A stretch of DNA of 64,000 nt, taken from positions 941,788-1,005,787 of the forward strand of contig NW_003314274.1 of assembly GCF_000143415.4 (NCBI RefSeq), in the 5' to 3' direction. The position numbers and the translations under genes were made by a program. Each line of letters begins with the position of its first letter. Position 1 is the stretch's first letter. Positions 37,191 to 50,404 of this stretch are shown here, piece by piece. The notes beneath the pieces were generated by a model. It saw nothing but the letters and a program-made list of their open reading frames with translations, ran no database searches and was not told where the DNA came from. The DNA comes from Selaginella moellendorffii. Its lineage: Eukaryota; Plantae; Lycopodiophyta.

Positions 37191-38258
37191 TTAAGCCTCG
37201 ACAGCTCCCAGCTCGTGTTCTTGTCGCTGCTGCCACCACCTCGGTTTCCATGCCGTTGCTTGTTTCAGCTGGAACGCTTGGTCCAGAGCTCGAAACAAGC
37301 GCTTCCACCCCACGTAAACGCCTTCAATCACCAGCGCCGCCAGCTCCCGTGGCGGATCAACCCGGCACACCGCCCCCTCTTTCGTGAAGCTCAGCACTCG
37401 TTCGCCACTGTCACCATAACTCGCATCGAACTCTTGCTCAGCCTGCGCCTTCTCAAAGCACTCCCGGTAGTCGTCCCCGTCCACGAACGGCGGCTCCTGC
37501 TTCATGCTCTCCACGAACAGCACGTTTGGAAAGGGCGTGACGCCGCCGTGCATCAAAATGGCTGCCAGGAGTATCCTCCCGATCCGACCGTTTCCATCCT
37601 TGAAGGGATGGATGCTCTCAAACTCGAGGAAAAACCGGGACCCGAGCTTGAGTAGCGTCTCGGCCTCCATACCTGTGGATGAGAGCTTTCGGAGCTCTCC
37701 GTTGGTGTCACGGACCAGCCTGTCCAGAGCCGCCGGTATGTCCGACGGCCACATGAAGACGTGCGGCAAGCCAATGGTTGTCGCGGTGAAGGCGATCTCC
37801 TCGTCGCGGCGCAGCCTTCCTGCGATGTCCGGTCGCGTCGATCCAAGGAGCCGCTTGTGCACCTCCAGGATCCCCGGCACACTCAACTCCAAGCACTCTT
37901 GGCTTCCATTCGCCTGGAGCTGATGGATCAGGGCGCTGTGGAGACAGCGCATGGCCTCTCCGGCCTCGCCGCCAGTGCCGCTACTGTCCAGCGCGCCCGC
38001 TGCCATCGCCACCTCGGTCGCCTGGAGCGTTTCGAAGCCCTCGCCCTCGATGTGATTGACCTGGAACAAGAAATGGCCCAGGCCCGTGCGCCGGCCGTAG
38101 GCGTCTGCCCAGCGCCGCTGATCCCGTGGGAGAAGCGCGTACCTCCTCATGGATTCGTGGATCCCTTTGAGCATCTGGCTGGTCCGCGGCACGGGATCGC
38201 CAACGCCGACTCGCTCGCGCCTCCAAAACGGGCACTCCTCCACATCAAAATTCTCCAT
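37191..38258 (-). CDS. Fic (Fido) domain protein, putative AMPylase, copy B
   Basis: Intronless 355-aa GC-rich ORF; canonical HPFKDGNGRIGR; ILEVHKRLL..AGRLR; N-terminal VNHIEG resembling the (S/T)xxxE(G/N) autoinhibitory motif. Confidence 0.9.
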   Translation of the reverse strand: MENFDVEECPFWRRERVGVGDPVPRTSQMLKGIHESMRRYALLPRDQRRWADAYGRRTGLGHFLFQVNHIEGEGFETLQATEVAMAAGALDSSGTGGEAGEAMRCLHSALIHQLQANGSQECLELSVPGILEVHKRLLGSTRPDIAGRLRRDEEIAFTATTIGLPHVFMWPSDIPAALDRLVRDTNGELRKLSSTGMEAETLLKLGSRFFLEFESIHPFKDGNGRIGRILLAAILMHGGVTPFPNVLFVESMKQEPPFVDGDDYRECFEKAQAEQEFDASYGDSGERVLSFTKEGAVCRVDPPRELAALVIEGVYVGWKRLFRALDQAFQLKQATAWKPRWWQQRQEHELGAVEA

Positions 38259-39239
38259 TGCCTTGCTAGACCTTGTTAACTCGCCTTTTATTCTCTGTGT
38301 CCTTTAAAGATCGGTCCCTTGGTTGGCGTTGGCGTTTTCTCCTGGAGCTCTTTGATAACACAGGCTGCTTCACGATCTCACTGGTAACGCGTACTCCCTC
38401 TCCAGAATGGGAGCAATGTCCGAAAGGTCAGCTTTTTCTTCCTCTAAGATGGCTTTCAAGAGCCGAACGAGTCGAGGCCCAACACCGGTGCTTCTGGATT
38501 CGTGATCGTTGCACAGCGAACTCCGAGGGAATCGAGAGCCGGCGGAGGAGCAGAAAGATCCTGGAACATGAGAAAGAAGTTCAGAATCTTAAAAGTCTTC
38601 GCTGCTACCTAGCAAGCTTTGCTCACCAAAGTTCGAGGGTGTTGACAAGTTGAAATTTTGTGGAACTTTACTCACGGCTTGTGGAGAGCTAGCTCTCTGG
38701 TCCTGGCAACAGCAGCAGTGGCTCGCCGTCGGTTTCTTCGAGCTCTTCTAGATCCTCGACACCCTCCTCGAAAAGTTCCAGCTTTGTGCTAATGTAGATT
38801 GGACCCCATCCGTCACGGAGAACGATCCAGCCGCCCAAGGCTCCCACCGGCCACCTCCCTGCCTGTCAAGCCAAAGGTTAAAGCTGGAGCGACGATCTCT
38901 ACCTTTAGAGAGCAGGCGATCCTACCATAGAGTTTGGCAGCTCGTAGAGCGGCAAACAAGAGTGCGAGCTGCCGCTTTGCGCAATTCTCCGTGCGTCGGG
39001 GCGTCCATGTCCCGAGCTCCTTTGTAGCAAGTGTCGCTCGGAGGAACAAGGTGCATCCACCAAGAAATACCCCGTTGATCATATTCCTATTGAATGATCT
39101 CTATGATCACGCTAGCTACCATTGCGACGACGCGAATGGACGTCCTTAGAATTATCTGGCACGTACTCGGAGATAACCTGCGTTGCGGCATGACTATCTG
39201 GATGATATCGGCATGATCCATGAATATATTCCGAAGCAG

Positions 39240-41160
39240 TGCCGTGTTTGAGACAATCGCTGAGCGTCGAGATTTGGCGTTTTAATACTGTGGCAATCTT
39301 GCGCCCGCGAGTGGCGCTCCAAAGACGCTCTGGATCTCTCCCACGCGATGCTTGCCGAGGGCCTCCACTTCGACGCTCTCAGCCTCGTTGTGTCTCTCAA
39401 CTCTCGCTGCGTTGCCGGGCCTGGAAACCTCTCCATGGTGGAGAGAATCCACTCCTGGATCCTGGAAAACGATCGAAAACTCAGTGCCGCGACTGGAACA
39501 GCGCTGCTAAAGATGTACCTCAAGTGTGGGAGCGTCGAGAGAGCCGAGAAAGTCTTCCAGGAGATGGAACGTAAAGACTTGGACGATTCTCATCGCGGCA
39601 CTGGGCGAGAGAGGCTCGATCGAGGAAGCCATGGTAGCTTTCCGAGCAACGCAGCTCGATTGGATCCCTTCACCCTCGTCGCCATCTTCCAAGCTTGTGC
39701 CACACGGCTTGAATCCAGAGAAGACGATCGAGTGAAAGCTCTTTGCAACCAAGCCGTGGAGAGCGGCCTGCTAGCGTCGAGTTCCTGGAACGTCATCATC
39801 GCCACGGCCGTGATTGGCACCTATGGAAAGTGCGGCAGTGTCGACAAGGCGCTGGAAGTTTTGGAGAGAACTCCCAGGGAGTCGAGGGACGTCGTAGCAT
39901 GGAACTCGATCATCACAGTCTTCGTGGAGCAAAACAAGCCAGAGCTCGCACTCAAACTCTTGGAGGTGATGGAGAGGATCGAGCAAGGCGGCCGCGACTT
40001 GGTGTGCTGGAACATGATAATCTCGGCGCTCGTCCAGCATTCTCGGAGCAAAGAAGCACTGGCCTACTTCCGGGAGATGAATCTCCAAGGAGTAAAACCC
40101 GATCGAGTGACGCTTGCTCCACTCATAAGCAGCGCCACCTTTCCAGAGAACGAATCCAAGTTGGTACTTTGCGAGATCTCGCGGAGTGGACTCTCGAGTA
40201 ACGCGGTCACCAGCAACGCCGTCCTAAACTTCTACTCCACGCGAAGGGCCGCAGGATCGAAGAGGCGAGGAGAGTTTTCGATGGATTCCAAGAGCGAGAC
40301 CTCGTATCGTGGAACTCGATGATCTCGGCCTACGCCGCGGAGGGATTCGCGAGAGAGGCCGTGATCCTCTTGCACTGGATGAAACAAGAGGGATTCCAGC
40401 CGAGTAGCGTGACTTCCACCGTTATCTTCGCTGCTTTCTCGGAGCTCCACGGCTTGGAAGAAGCTTGCCGGGTGGTGACAGTCGAGGAGAACTTGGAGCC
40501 AGCGTCGCTGTGGAGCCTCCTGATCTCCAAGCAAGCGCTGGAAATCTTTCGAGCCATGCAGCTCCAAGGGATGCGAGTGGACAGAGAAACGCTCGTTCCA
40601 GCCATCGTCTCTTGTGGAGCTTGCTCGGCTCTGCGAGAAGGCCGCTTGATCCACCAAGAACTCCAAAGATCAGCTCCAACGATCGTAGGGGAGGACACTC
40701 GGCTCAAGAACGCGCTGTAGCGGCAAGCTCCTCGACGTTGCCCACCAGATTTTCACCGAGATCAAGCAGCCGAGCGTGATCTCCTGGACGGCGATCGTCG
40801 CGGCCTACGCCCAGAATGGCCGCGTCGAAGAAGCCCGGGAGATCTATCCAAAGCAGTGGCAGCCATCTTCCAGGAGCCCGGCATGGCTATACATCGACAG
40901 GATCGTGGTGAAGGTGAGCGTGTCGGCCAAGGAGCCGTCTAGCTTCATGAGATGGAAGAGGAGAGTGGACCATTTCCTGGCACCAGCCCCCGGCACTACA
41001 ACTGCATGAACGATCTCCTGGGCCGCGCGGGCCGCCGAGTGTTTCGTCCGGGCGCCCGCCTGGACGGCATTGCTGAGCGTGCTCACCACATCCAGGGTGA
41101 TGTGGATCGAGGGAAGCGAATCGCGGACGGCGTAGCGGACGTTTGACGGCATTCTCTAGC
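39240..41160 (+). pseudogene. Pseudogenised duplicate of the PPR gene at 4894-7241
   Basis: High nucleotide identity with frameshifts, a 201-bp deletion and an internal inversion 40834-40968. Confidence 0.93.
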
Positions 41161-41173
41161 CTAAACAGTGCAG

Positions 41174-41230
41174 AACCCTAAAAACAGAGTTCCAAGATGA
41201 GGAACCCTAAAAACAGGGGAGGGTTTTAGC
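41174..41230 (+). promoter_or_regulatory. Telo-box-like cluster (AACCCTAA x2)
   Basis: AACCCTAA at ~41174 and ~41203 directly upstream of the ATG at 41232; telo-boxes are typical of plant translation-apparatus promoters. Confidence 0.55.
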
Positions 41231-41231
41231 A

Positions 41232-41761
41232 ATGGCGATCTGGGCAAGGATCGGTGCGCTGCATCGATCCTGGACAATGCGGCTCTATTCCACTGGATCG
41301 AATGCATCCGGCGAGTATCGGCCGCGCTCCAAGGCGTCGCGAGTGCTCCAGGTGCCCAGGTTTGAGCCAGACCCCACAAGAACCAGGGCGCCAACGGGTA
41401 AAAGATAGCGAATTTCTTCCTAGAATTTGGCTTGATCGGCATTGCAGGGATTCTGGATAACCGGGGATTCACGATCATGGATTTTCTCAAGACGATCGGA
41501 CTGGAAGCTCACCACGACAAGCTCAAGACGCGGTGTGCCAGCTTGAGGGATGTGCTGGTGATCAAAACCGAGGCGCTCAAAGATCTGGGTCTTAAAGTCC
41601 GGGACGTAAGTTTGCTTGCCATCGCTTTTCTTCCATTTGAATCCTTGGCTTCTTTGCAGAGGAAATTGGTGCTGAGGCACGCTCACAATTACCGGCTGGG
41701 CATTTGGCAGCCGCGCAAGTTCAAAGCGGTGGAAGAGAAGAAAGGAGGCACGAAGAAGTGA
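41232..41761 (+). CDS. Mitochondrial ribosomal protein mS41-like (IGR-motif, SAM-like); exons 41232-41397, 41448-41605, 41660-41761 (141 aa)
   Basis: Two GT-AG introns (50, 54 nt) splice in frame; transit-like MAIWARIGALHRSWTMRLYST; FLKTIG...LKDLGLKVRDRKLVLRHAHNYRLGIWQPR matches my recollection of plant IGR-motif proteins. Confidence 0.8.
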
Positions 41762-43731
41762 GGAGATATTCGTGAACGCTGTAAGCACTTTTGTAGCAAA
41801 GCAAGTGCCTTTCATCAATTGTGACAACCAGACTAAACACGCAAGAAGTTGTGTAATGCCTTCTTCTTTTTCAAAAATCTTGTAGTCTTGTTTGAACCAA
41901 ATTAAATTCAAGTGTTCCCTCGTTCCCCTAAAATTGGGAATCATCGTGAGTTGTGTGAGTTGGACTTGGACATCAGATTAAAAAATATAAATTAGCTGAA
42001 AAATATATACTATATGAAATAAGTTTTTTTTTGTTAAACTCAATTCCATAAAAAATGGTTTTCATTCCGGTTTTTCTGTTTTAATTATAAATTTATTTAA
42101 ATAAATCTTAAAAACTAATATTATGCTTAATAAAAAGTGTTGTTTATATTGATTCCATAATATAACCTAATAGGTAATATAAAAAAACTTTGAAAAAAAT
42201 ATTTGAAAATATTTTTATAATTTTAATAAATTGCTATGTATTAACGCTTGGTTTGATTAATGGTAGATTTATTATTACTTATTAATCCAATTGATCAGAT
42301 AAAGTTTATAATTATAAGCATGTTCGTAATTTATAAACACAAGATTAATCTTATTGCATATCAGCCATTAGATGATAGAATAAAAAATAATATACTAGAA
42401 AAGGTTTAAGAAAGTTTATAAATTATAAATACAAGATTAATCTAAATGAATAACAACCGTTAAATAATAGAATATCCTAGAATATCCAAGCATATTCTAG
42501 GTATCTCCTATTGCTAAATTTTCTATATATATATTGTAATTTAAAACTCAAAAATTTTTAGTTTAGTACAATTAAATAACATATGTCATACATTAGAAAC
42601 TAATGCCCAATTTGACAACTAAACAAATGAATGACTAAGTTAAATAAATATGCTAATATAGCTATCAGATTTCAGTGAAATCAAGAAAATAAACCCTAAA
42701 AAAGCTGTATTAAAAATAAAATTTAAAGTTTCTTATAATATGTTAGTCTTTAATACAGTTCTCAAATAAATAAATTCTAAAAAAACTATATCAAAATAGT
42801 AATCTATACTTAAATCTAAAATCTAAAATTGTTTTAAAAAAGCTGAATAGTTTCATAAGAAAACGTCATATCAATTTTTAAATGTATATAGTTAAAGTAA
42901 TATTTACAATTTTTCAAAACACTCATTTACTATGGCCCTAAAATCCCATCTTATTTACCTTTATATACTTGTCCATTCAAATTTACCCTTTCACTTGTTA
43001 ATGAACTTTTTATATAAAGATTAATATAAACTTGTAGAATATTAATTGAGTATGACACTGTCATGTAACTAACTGTTATTTGTAGTTATGAACTTTAGTG
43101 TATTTCATTACATTGTAGTGGGACATTTCCTTGGATTACATGATATTCATTTACTTATGCTTAACTAGTAACATTATTGAGGAAAAAATAAACATTGACA
43201 ATAATATAAAATTAATAAAATCATAAAGTATTCTACATTTTCAATTGATAAACATACTCTTTTAAACTAAATTAATATTTTAAAAATTAAAAAAGCGATC
43301 AATTTCTTTTATTTGAGAGTCCCTAGATTGGCTTTAGAAGGATAGTCTTTCTAGGTTTGATCACAAGAAAAAGACAGAGCTCAAAATAAAAATTATAATG
43401 GTAAATAAAAGCTAATAAAGATTCTTATATATAAATTGTACTTCCCTAATTAATATATCATATGAAATGAAGTATTATTATAAGAAGATTGTTAAGAGAG
43501 AAGAATGAAATAGACAAGTATTTAGGTTACAATTTAACAAAAGAAACACAATGACCTTAATCTCAATAGTTTCTATATTTTTCTAAACAAGAATAAAGTA
43601 ATTTTATGAGTGCTTGGGATATTGGGAATAAGTATATTAATTATATACAATAATGGATGGACCAAATTCAATCTCATATGGATAGTCTATATACTATAGT
43701 GTTATAATTAACATATTACTTAGACAGGTAA

Positions 43732-43790
43732 TGTATACATACATACATACACACACACACACATATATATATATCTGTCTGTGTGTGTAT
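43732..43790. repeat. compound (TACA)/(CA)/(TA)/(GT) microsatellite
   Basis: Directly visible. Confidence 0.85.
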
Positions 43791-45120
43791 GGAAAGGGAA
43801 TATAGAAAATATGCATATTAATTAACCCAAAAACCCTACCTTATATACAAGAGTGAGTGGTCTAGATTAAAACTAATCTGACGGCTACCAAAATCCCACT
43901 ATGCTAATATTAATATATAACGTCGTAGCTATACACTTGGCCCTCACACTCACATCATCCCCTCCTCTCGGAATAATGGAAGACCATCAAGGTTCTCTTG
44001 TAGATGGGCCGGGATCTGGAGGAACGTCAGGAGGAGGCATTGGCAGATCTGTAGGTGGTATTAACTGCTCCTAATCCCTTTGTATGAAACATTTCAACCA
44101 CTGCACATGCACAATCTCTGGAGGATCAGCTTGCTGAACGTCATGCAAACCTCATAAACTTGTGGTCCAACTTGTTGCAACACCAGATACGGTCCTTTCC
44201 ACTACGCAAGGAGCCCCTTAGATAAACCACGTATTGTAAGATGGGGAAAATGGAATAACACAAAAATCATCCACTTTGTACTCCGCAGGTGGATGATGAT
44301 GGGAGTTGTAGCGCTGTTGTTGTCCCACTTATATGCGGCCTAAGTGTTTGGCAGACTTTGCTCGGACAAGTGGAAGAATGCTCGTCAAATACTAATCCCA
44401 TGACCTAGCATCGGTAGCTTGTGGCAATCATGAAGGTAAACCTAGCTCCATTGGTAATATTGGATCATGACCATATAAGAGTTTATATGGTGAAGCACCA
44501 ATAGAACTCTGCACCCCTGTGACATATGCATACCAAAGAGACGGCAAATAACCATCCTAATCCGAATGCTGAAAGTTCATATACTTCGCAATCATCCATT
44601 TGAATGTCCGAACGAGCCATTCCATTAGACCGTTTAATTGTGGATGATAAACACTTGTGAAAGTGTGGCGTATCCTCATCCAAGATGTCAAAACATGAAA
44701 TGCTTCAACCATAAATGCGGGACCATTATTCGAAAGAATTCGCTCTAGACAAGAATGCTGGAACACCACTCGATTGAGGAGGAAGTATCTAACAGGAGTT
44801 GCAGAGGCACTAGCAAGAGCACCAACTTCCACCCAACTAGTCAAGTAGTTAGAAGAAATAATAACATACTCATTGCTAGCAGTCGACTGTGGAAAAGATC
44901 CTATAAAATCAAATGCCACTAACTCAAATGGACGGGAAATTGCAATTGACTTCAACTGTTCTTCCGTAGCATGAGGGGGAGTATTACGAGCTTAGCACCA
45001 AACGCAACTACACACATACTAGATAATATCACATCGCATCTTTGGCTAATAGAAAGACCTGCACAGCTTCTCAATTACATGACGATGTCCCATATGCCCA
45101 CTTAGAACAGGAGAATCATG

Positions 45121-47000
45121 TGTGAGACACAAAATCCCTAGGCCCCAAAGTGGAGCCGGAAAGGGTGCCACGTGGTAGTGGCCGAAGCGAAAGCCAAACG
45201 AGTGTAACACGTTTGGACTAAAAGGTCTGACTTTGAAGGTCGAGAGCGGGAGTGGAACTCCCAACAAAGTGCTCAAGGAACGAGCACGAAGCGAGCAATA
45301 AGCAAGGCTCCAAAAAGGGACCCAAAAAGGACCAACACATGACACATGGAAGTGTCCGAGATGGAGTCCGAGGTGGACCCGAGTTGGAGTCCAAGATGGA
45401 CCCAAAGTGGAGTCCGAGATGGACCCGAAGTGGAGTCCGATATGGAGTCCAATATGGAGTCCGAGATGGACCCAAAGTGGAGTCCGAGATGGACCCGAAG
45501 TGGAGTCCGATATGGAGTCCAATATGGAGTCCGAGATGGAGTCCGAGATGAAGTCCAAGATGGACCTGAAGTGGAGTCCGAGATGGAGTCTGATATGGAG
45601 TTCGAGATGGAGTCTGAGATGGATCCAAGATGGACCCGAAGTGGAGTCCAAGATAGAGTTTGATATGGAGTCCAATATGGATCCGAGATGGACCCGAAGT
45701 GGAGTTCGAGATGGACCCGAGATGGAGTCCGAGATGGACCTGAGATGGAGTCCGAGATGGACCCAAGATGGAGTCCGAGATGGACCCGAGATGGAGTCCG
45801 AGATGGAGTCCGAGATGGAACCGAGACCGGGACCGAGACCGAAACCGAGACCGAAACCGAGACCGAAACCGAGACCGAGACCGAGACCAAGATCGAGTCC
45901 GAGTCCAAATCCGGGACCGAGACCGAGTCTGAGTCCGAGTCCAAGTCCGAGTCCGAGTCCGAATACTAATACGAATACTAATACAGGCAGTTGGGTGAAA
46001 GCCCAAAGTGATCATCCCCCAAGGGGGGGGGGGGGGGAGGCTGCGGGGGGCTCCAAAAGTATAGTAGGGAGAGTGTGGGGGTTGGAGCCCAGTGGAGCCA
46101 GTTTGGCCAGGAAAGGCCAGTTTGGCCCAGAAAGGCTAGACCCAGTGTTGGGTGATGAGCTGACCACTGAGAAGTCCAAGGCTGGAGTGAACACGGACTG
46201 ACAAGCGGGGTAGCTTGGTGAAGTGTTCAAGAGCCGGCTCTAGTTCCCCCGGGACATCGACTGGCCGATGCTCCCAGTCCAAGTGTGGGTGGCACTACCT
46301 ACTTGGATACCAGGCGTGGCTTAACGGAACCTCGCTCTAAGCCCATGGCTAGAGCACCCAAGGGCAGAAGGCAGGGAGAGTACTCAGGTGGCTCGCGTAA
46401 GGCCACGGTGTTCCGAAATGTTGTCCCCAAAGGCCCAGACTGTGGAAAGGAAGAGGAGCAGTCCTCTGGGGTAGTGACCAAGGACACAGTCGTATGGTGA
46501 GGAAGTCCCAGAGGACTGTGGGACTTAGTGGTTGGGCCTGTGGGCCTCGATCTAGTGGTAGTGTTGGCAAACACGGCCAGGGGTAGAAAGGGACTTAGTG
46601 GGGACTGACAGAGGGATATTGGGGAAGGCTATTCCCCTTGTCGGTGGGCATCCTAAGGATGCTAAGGAGTGGATCTGAGATGACCACTCAAGGATGGTTT
46701 GCCTAGTCTTGGAGAGCCAAGACTGGGATGCATGTGGTATTGGACTACTAGTGCGGCAAAGGTGATTGGGCATGGCCTTAGCATGACAAGCTGCCATGTT
46801 GGTGGTACCTTTGAGTGTTGGGATCAAACACGTGGAGCACTTGGACCAAGTGCAAATGTTGAGTGCCATGGATGCTATTCTCGGGGCTAGCAAATCCCAA
46901 GTCCTGAATTGGACTTATGGAGGTTGTGAATGAGACTCCTCCAAGTGGTCGAAGGTGTGGTTAAGTGACTAAAGTAGAATGGAAAATTTAGTCACTTACA
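45121..47000 (+). mobile_element. Family-B solo LTR
   Basis: TG..CA with perfect TSD TCATG (45116-20, 47001-05). Confidence 0.95.
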
Positions 47001-49689
47001 TCATGGAAGGCATGGAGAAATTGCAGAATAAAGACAGAAGGCACCACCAGCCGTAAATGATCATTAGGATCCGTCCCCACAAAATAAAGAAGGTTGTTTT
47101 TAAGGTGATATTGAGAATGTAAATGCCAGAAAAGCAAGTCATCAGTAAGTGATGCAGGATTCGTAAACCCGTCTTGAAGCCTTCAAATCCACAGCTCAAT
47201 CTTTTGAGCCTTGTGAACCTCATCAAAAGAAGGTAGATCTTGCTCTACACTTTGTGGACATTGAATGTCAAGTACAGCAACTGCCGACTTCATAGAATCC
47301 TTGTCTAGAAAATCCACAGATGCTGAAACAACAGGCTTATCAGAAACATGAGAAGAGAGTGGAGAAGGAAGAAGGGTTCGAGAAGGGCATCAGCATCAAT
47401 CATAAAACTCCTTGGGCGATGAACAACATCAAAATTATATATCTGAAGCTTCAAAGCCCATCGAGCAGTACGACCAACCAGGTTCTTCCGCTTCAATAAT
47501 GAAGTAATAGCAGCATGGTCACCTTCAAGTAACGTCCGAGAACCATTTAGATATGCATGAAGTTTCTCGAAACCCTAGACTACTGCTAAACACTCCTTCT
47601 TTGTTGTGGAGTAGTTCATCTCTGCCAGTTGTAATGTACGGCTTATATATGAAATGGGATGGCCTTGACCAGGCACACTCAAGCTCTCTTGCATCAACAC
47701 ACCTCCAAGACCAATGTTAGAAGCATCCACGCGCAAAATAAAAGGTTAAGTGTAGTCAGGATATGCCAAAACCAAAGGAGTCGTCAATAGCTCTTTGAGA
47801 TCCATGAACACCTGCTCATAATCTAGAGACCAAATGAAAGATGATATTAATGACTTCAGTAACGCTCGCAATAGTGCAGTGCGGTCAGAAAGATGATCCA
47901 AAAAACGACCGAGATACTACACCTTGCCTAAGAAGTGCTACACATCATTCACACACTTTGAAGTAGGGAACTTTAGAACAGCCACAAGTTTGTCAGGATC
48001 AACTTGCAAACCCGCACGAGAAATACGGTACCTAAGATAAATTGTATCCTTGGACCCAAACACGCACTTCAACTGCTTTAGCTTTAAACCAACGTCGCAA
48101 TAGCTGATCCAACACTTTACAAACATCACAAACATGCTCCTCCCACATCCCTTCCAAATGGATCAAGACATCATTAATGAAGTCAATAGTCACCTCCGGA
48201 ATATCGCAAAGAACCTCGTCCATCATCTGCTAGAAAGTTGCTGGAGCATTGTTCAAACCAAACACCAAGAACTTGTACAAACCAAATGGTGTATGAAAAA
48301 TAGTCTTAGGGATATCTTTTTCGGCCATTAGTACTTGTCAGTACCCAGAAACAAGATTTAGCTTGGTGAACCAATAACTTCGCCCCAGACGATCCAAGCG
48401 ATCAGTAGTGTGAGGAAGAGGGTACATATTTAGGATTGTCACTTCATTTAATGGACGATAGTTGATGCAGAAACAAATACTCCCATTAGGCTTTGTCACA
48501 AGATGAAATTCACATGCCCAAGGATTCTGCGACTTCCGAATAACACCCTTCTCCAACATCTTCTTGACGTTTGCACGTAAAATCTTGATCTCCTTGGGAA
48601 CCTTGATTGGACGAGCATCCCCAGTTGGAATCGGATGACGTGTGGCAATCTTGGCCCCAGATGATAGGTCAAATTCAAAGAGATAAGAATACTCCTTCAT
48701 GAGCCAGTCAACCGCTGCAACACAAAAATTGTCAGAGGGATTAGAAAAGAGAAGAGCAAAACAAGATGGAAATATAGGAGGAAATAGTGGGGAAACAAAA
48801 GTAATGGAACCAGAGGTAGAAGTAAAGGGACAAAGAGGTACAGAAGTGAGAGGAATGGATGAAACATAAGGAAGTATGAGACAAGGGGGAGAAGCCTCAA
48901 AATCACATTTGGCATGATTGCACTGCAACCAATCCATACCAAGAATGAGGTCAAAAGCTTGACTTGGCACCACCCGCAATGACTGCAACACAAGCTCGAG
49001 ATTGCCCACACGCACAACTAGGTCCGCCTCATCCCATGCATATGCATGTGTACAGCCATTGCCATAAAGAATGAAAACTGGTTCCACCGCATGACACAAG
49101 TGTAGATGGCAACGTGTGGCAACAGGTCGAGCAATAGAAGATAAACTTGAACCTGTATCAACCAACACAGAGAGAATAATAGGAGACCTCTTGTTATACA
49201 AACAAGTTTGGAAAGTAAACACTAGATGAACCGGTGCCGAGTGAACCCCTTGATGATACTCCCAAAAGAAAGATGGAGGGGTCACTGACTTATTTGCATA
49301 AGGTCCCTCTGTTACTCGCGTGACTCCTTGTTTCCCGGATGCATCTCGATGTCCAGACCTTCCACTGTAGTAGCATCGATAGGACATTGCTGATGCCAAG
49401 GTCTCCACTCAGGAAATGTCGCCAATCATCTCGATGTCCAGACCTTCCACTGCAGTAGCATCGACGGGACATTGCTGACGCCAAGGTCTCCACTCAGGAA
49501 ATGGAGGTTGCCAATCCAGAAAATGCCGATAACGCCGATAAGTATGACCAACTTCATCACATGCCCAATAGCGAACATCATGGCCACGACCATATTCTCA
49601 CCCTTGTCCTTGGACTCGAGCTCCTGAGTTTGAACCCAATAGCGAACATCATGGCCACGACCATATTCTCACCCTTGTCCTTGGACTCG

Positions 49690-50275
49690 AGCTCCTGAGT
49701 TTGAACTTCCCAGGAAGTCACCCAGCCTAGTACTATTCAAACCCAAGGACGCTTAACCCCAAATATCCCAAAACCCTTAACCGATTGGAAAAAGGGGTGC
49801 TCTTGTTCATGAACCCTTTCCCTCTATATTTGAACCCCAACGGATCATCTCTCAAGTCATTCTCTTTGGTTGCTTACAATCCACTACGCTTCCCTATAAG
49901 TTCACGCCCTCATGAACGAAAGTTGAGAGCCGCAACTCTCCCGAGAGCTTCACTCTCTTGACACCCTACCCCTCGGGTTGAGCCCAATGAGAGCAAACTG
50001 GACCAGCCAGATGTCAATCAACATGGTGTGATCCCTTAGCCAACCAACAGAGTTAGACTTGAGACCTCTCTGATACCAAATGTAAGCTCTTGAATTTAGA
50101 CTTCTTGGGAGGTCACCCAACCCAGTACTATTCAAACCCAAGGACATTTAACCCCAAATATCCCAAGACCCTTAACCGATTGGAAAAGGGGGTGCACTTT
50201 TGTTCATGGGCCCTTTCCCTCTATATTTGAACCCTAATGGATTGTCTCTCAAGTCATTATCTTTAGTTGCTTACA
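49690..50275 (-). mobile_element. Cassandra-type TRIM (non-autonomous LTR element with 5S-derived LTRs)
   Basis: 185-bp LTR 50091-50275, PBS TGGTATCAGAG 50078-50088, ~210-bp non-coding interior, purine-rich tract, second LTR ~49690-49878 (terminus lost); 5S A/C-box similarity. Confidence 0.88.
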
Positions 50276-50404
50276 CAACCTCCATTGGAACAGGACCATC
50301 ACTCATAGAAAGTAGAGCTGAAGGACGTGCAGTGAAAAGTGGAAGAGGTGTTGTGCCAAACGAAGGGTATCGTCAAGGGTGGCGGGAGTAAGTGCATGCA
50401 CAAG

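Larger units (their letters stand above)
43790..50404 (-). mobile_element. Decayed Ty3/gypsy element (family D), interrupted by a family-B solo LTR and a Cassandra TRIM
   Basis: VDTGS protease, RT (PLP..TDRLDRLG), RNase H (LVGRTARWALKLQ), integrase (FDFIG..YHPQLNG); PPT AGAGGAGGGGATGA 43955-43968 abuts TG at 43954; outer bounds approximate. Confidence 0.85.

Noticed and set aside
38270-39200. GC-rich exon-like remnants between Fic-B and the PPR pseudogene
   Set aside because: Splice-like signals are present but no consistent frame or recognisable product
49342-49707. Two tandem duplications (~85 bp and ~71 bp) in family D gag
   Set aside because: Ordinary local duplications in a dead element next to the TRIM junction
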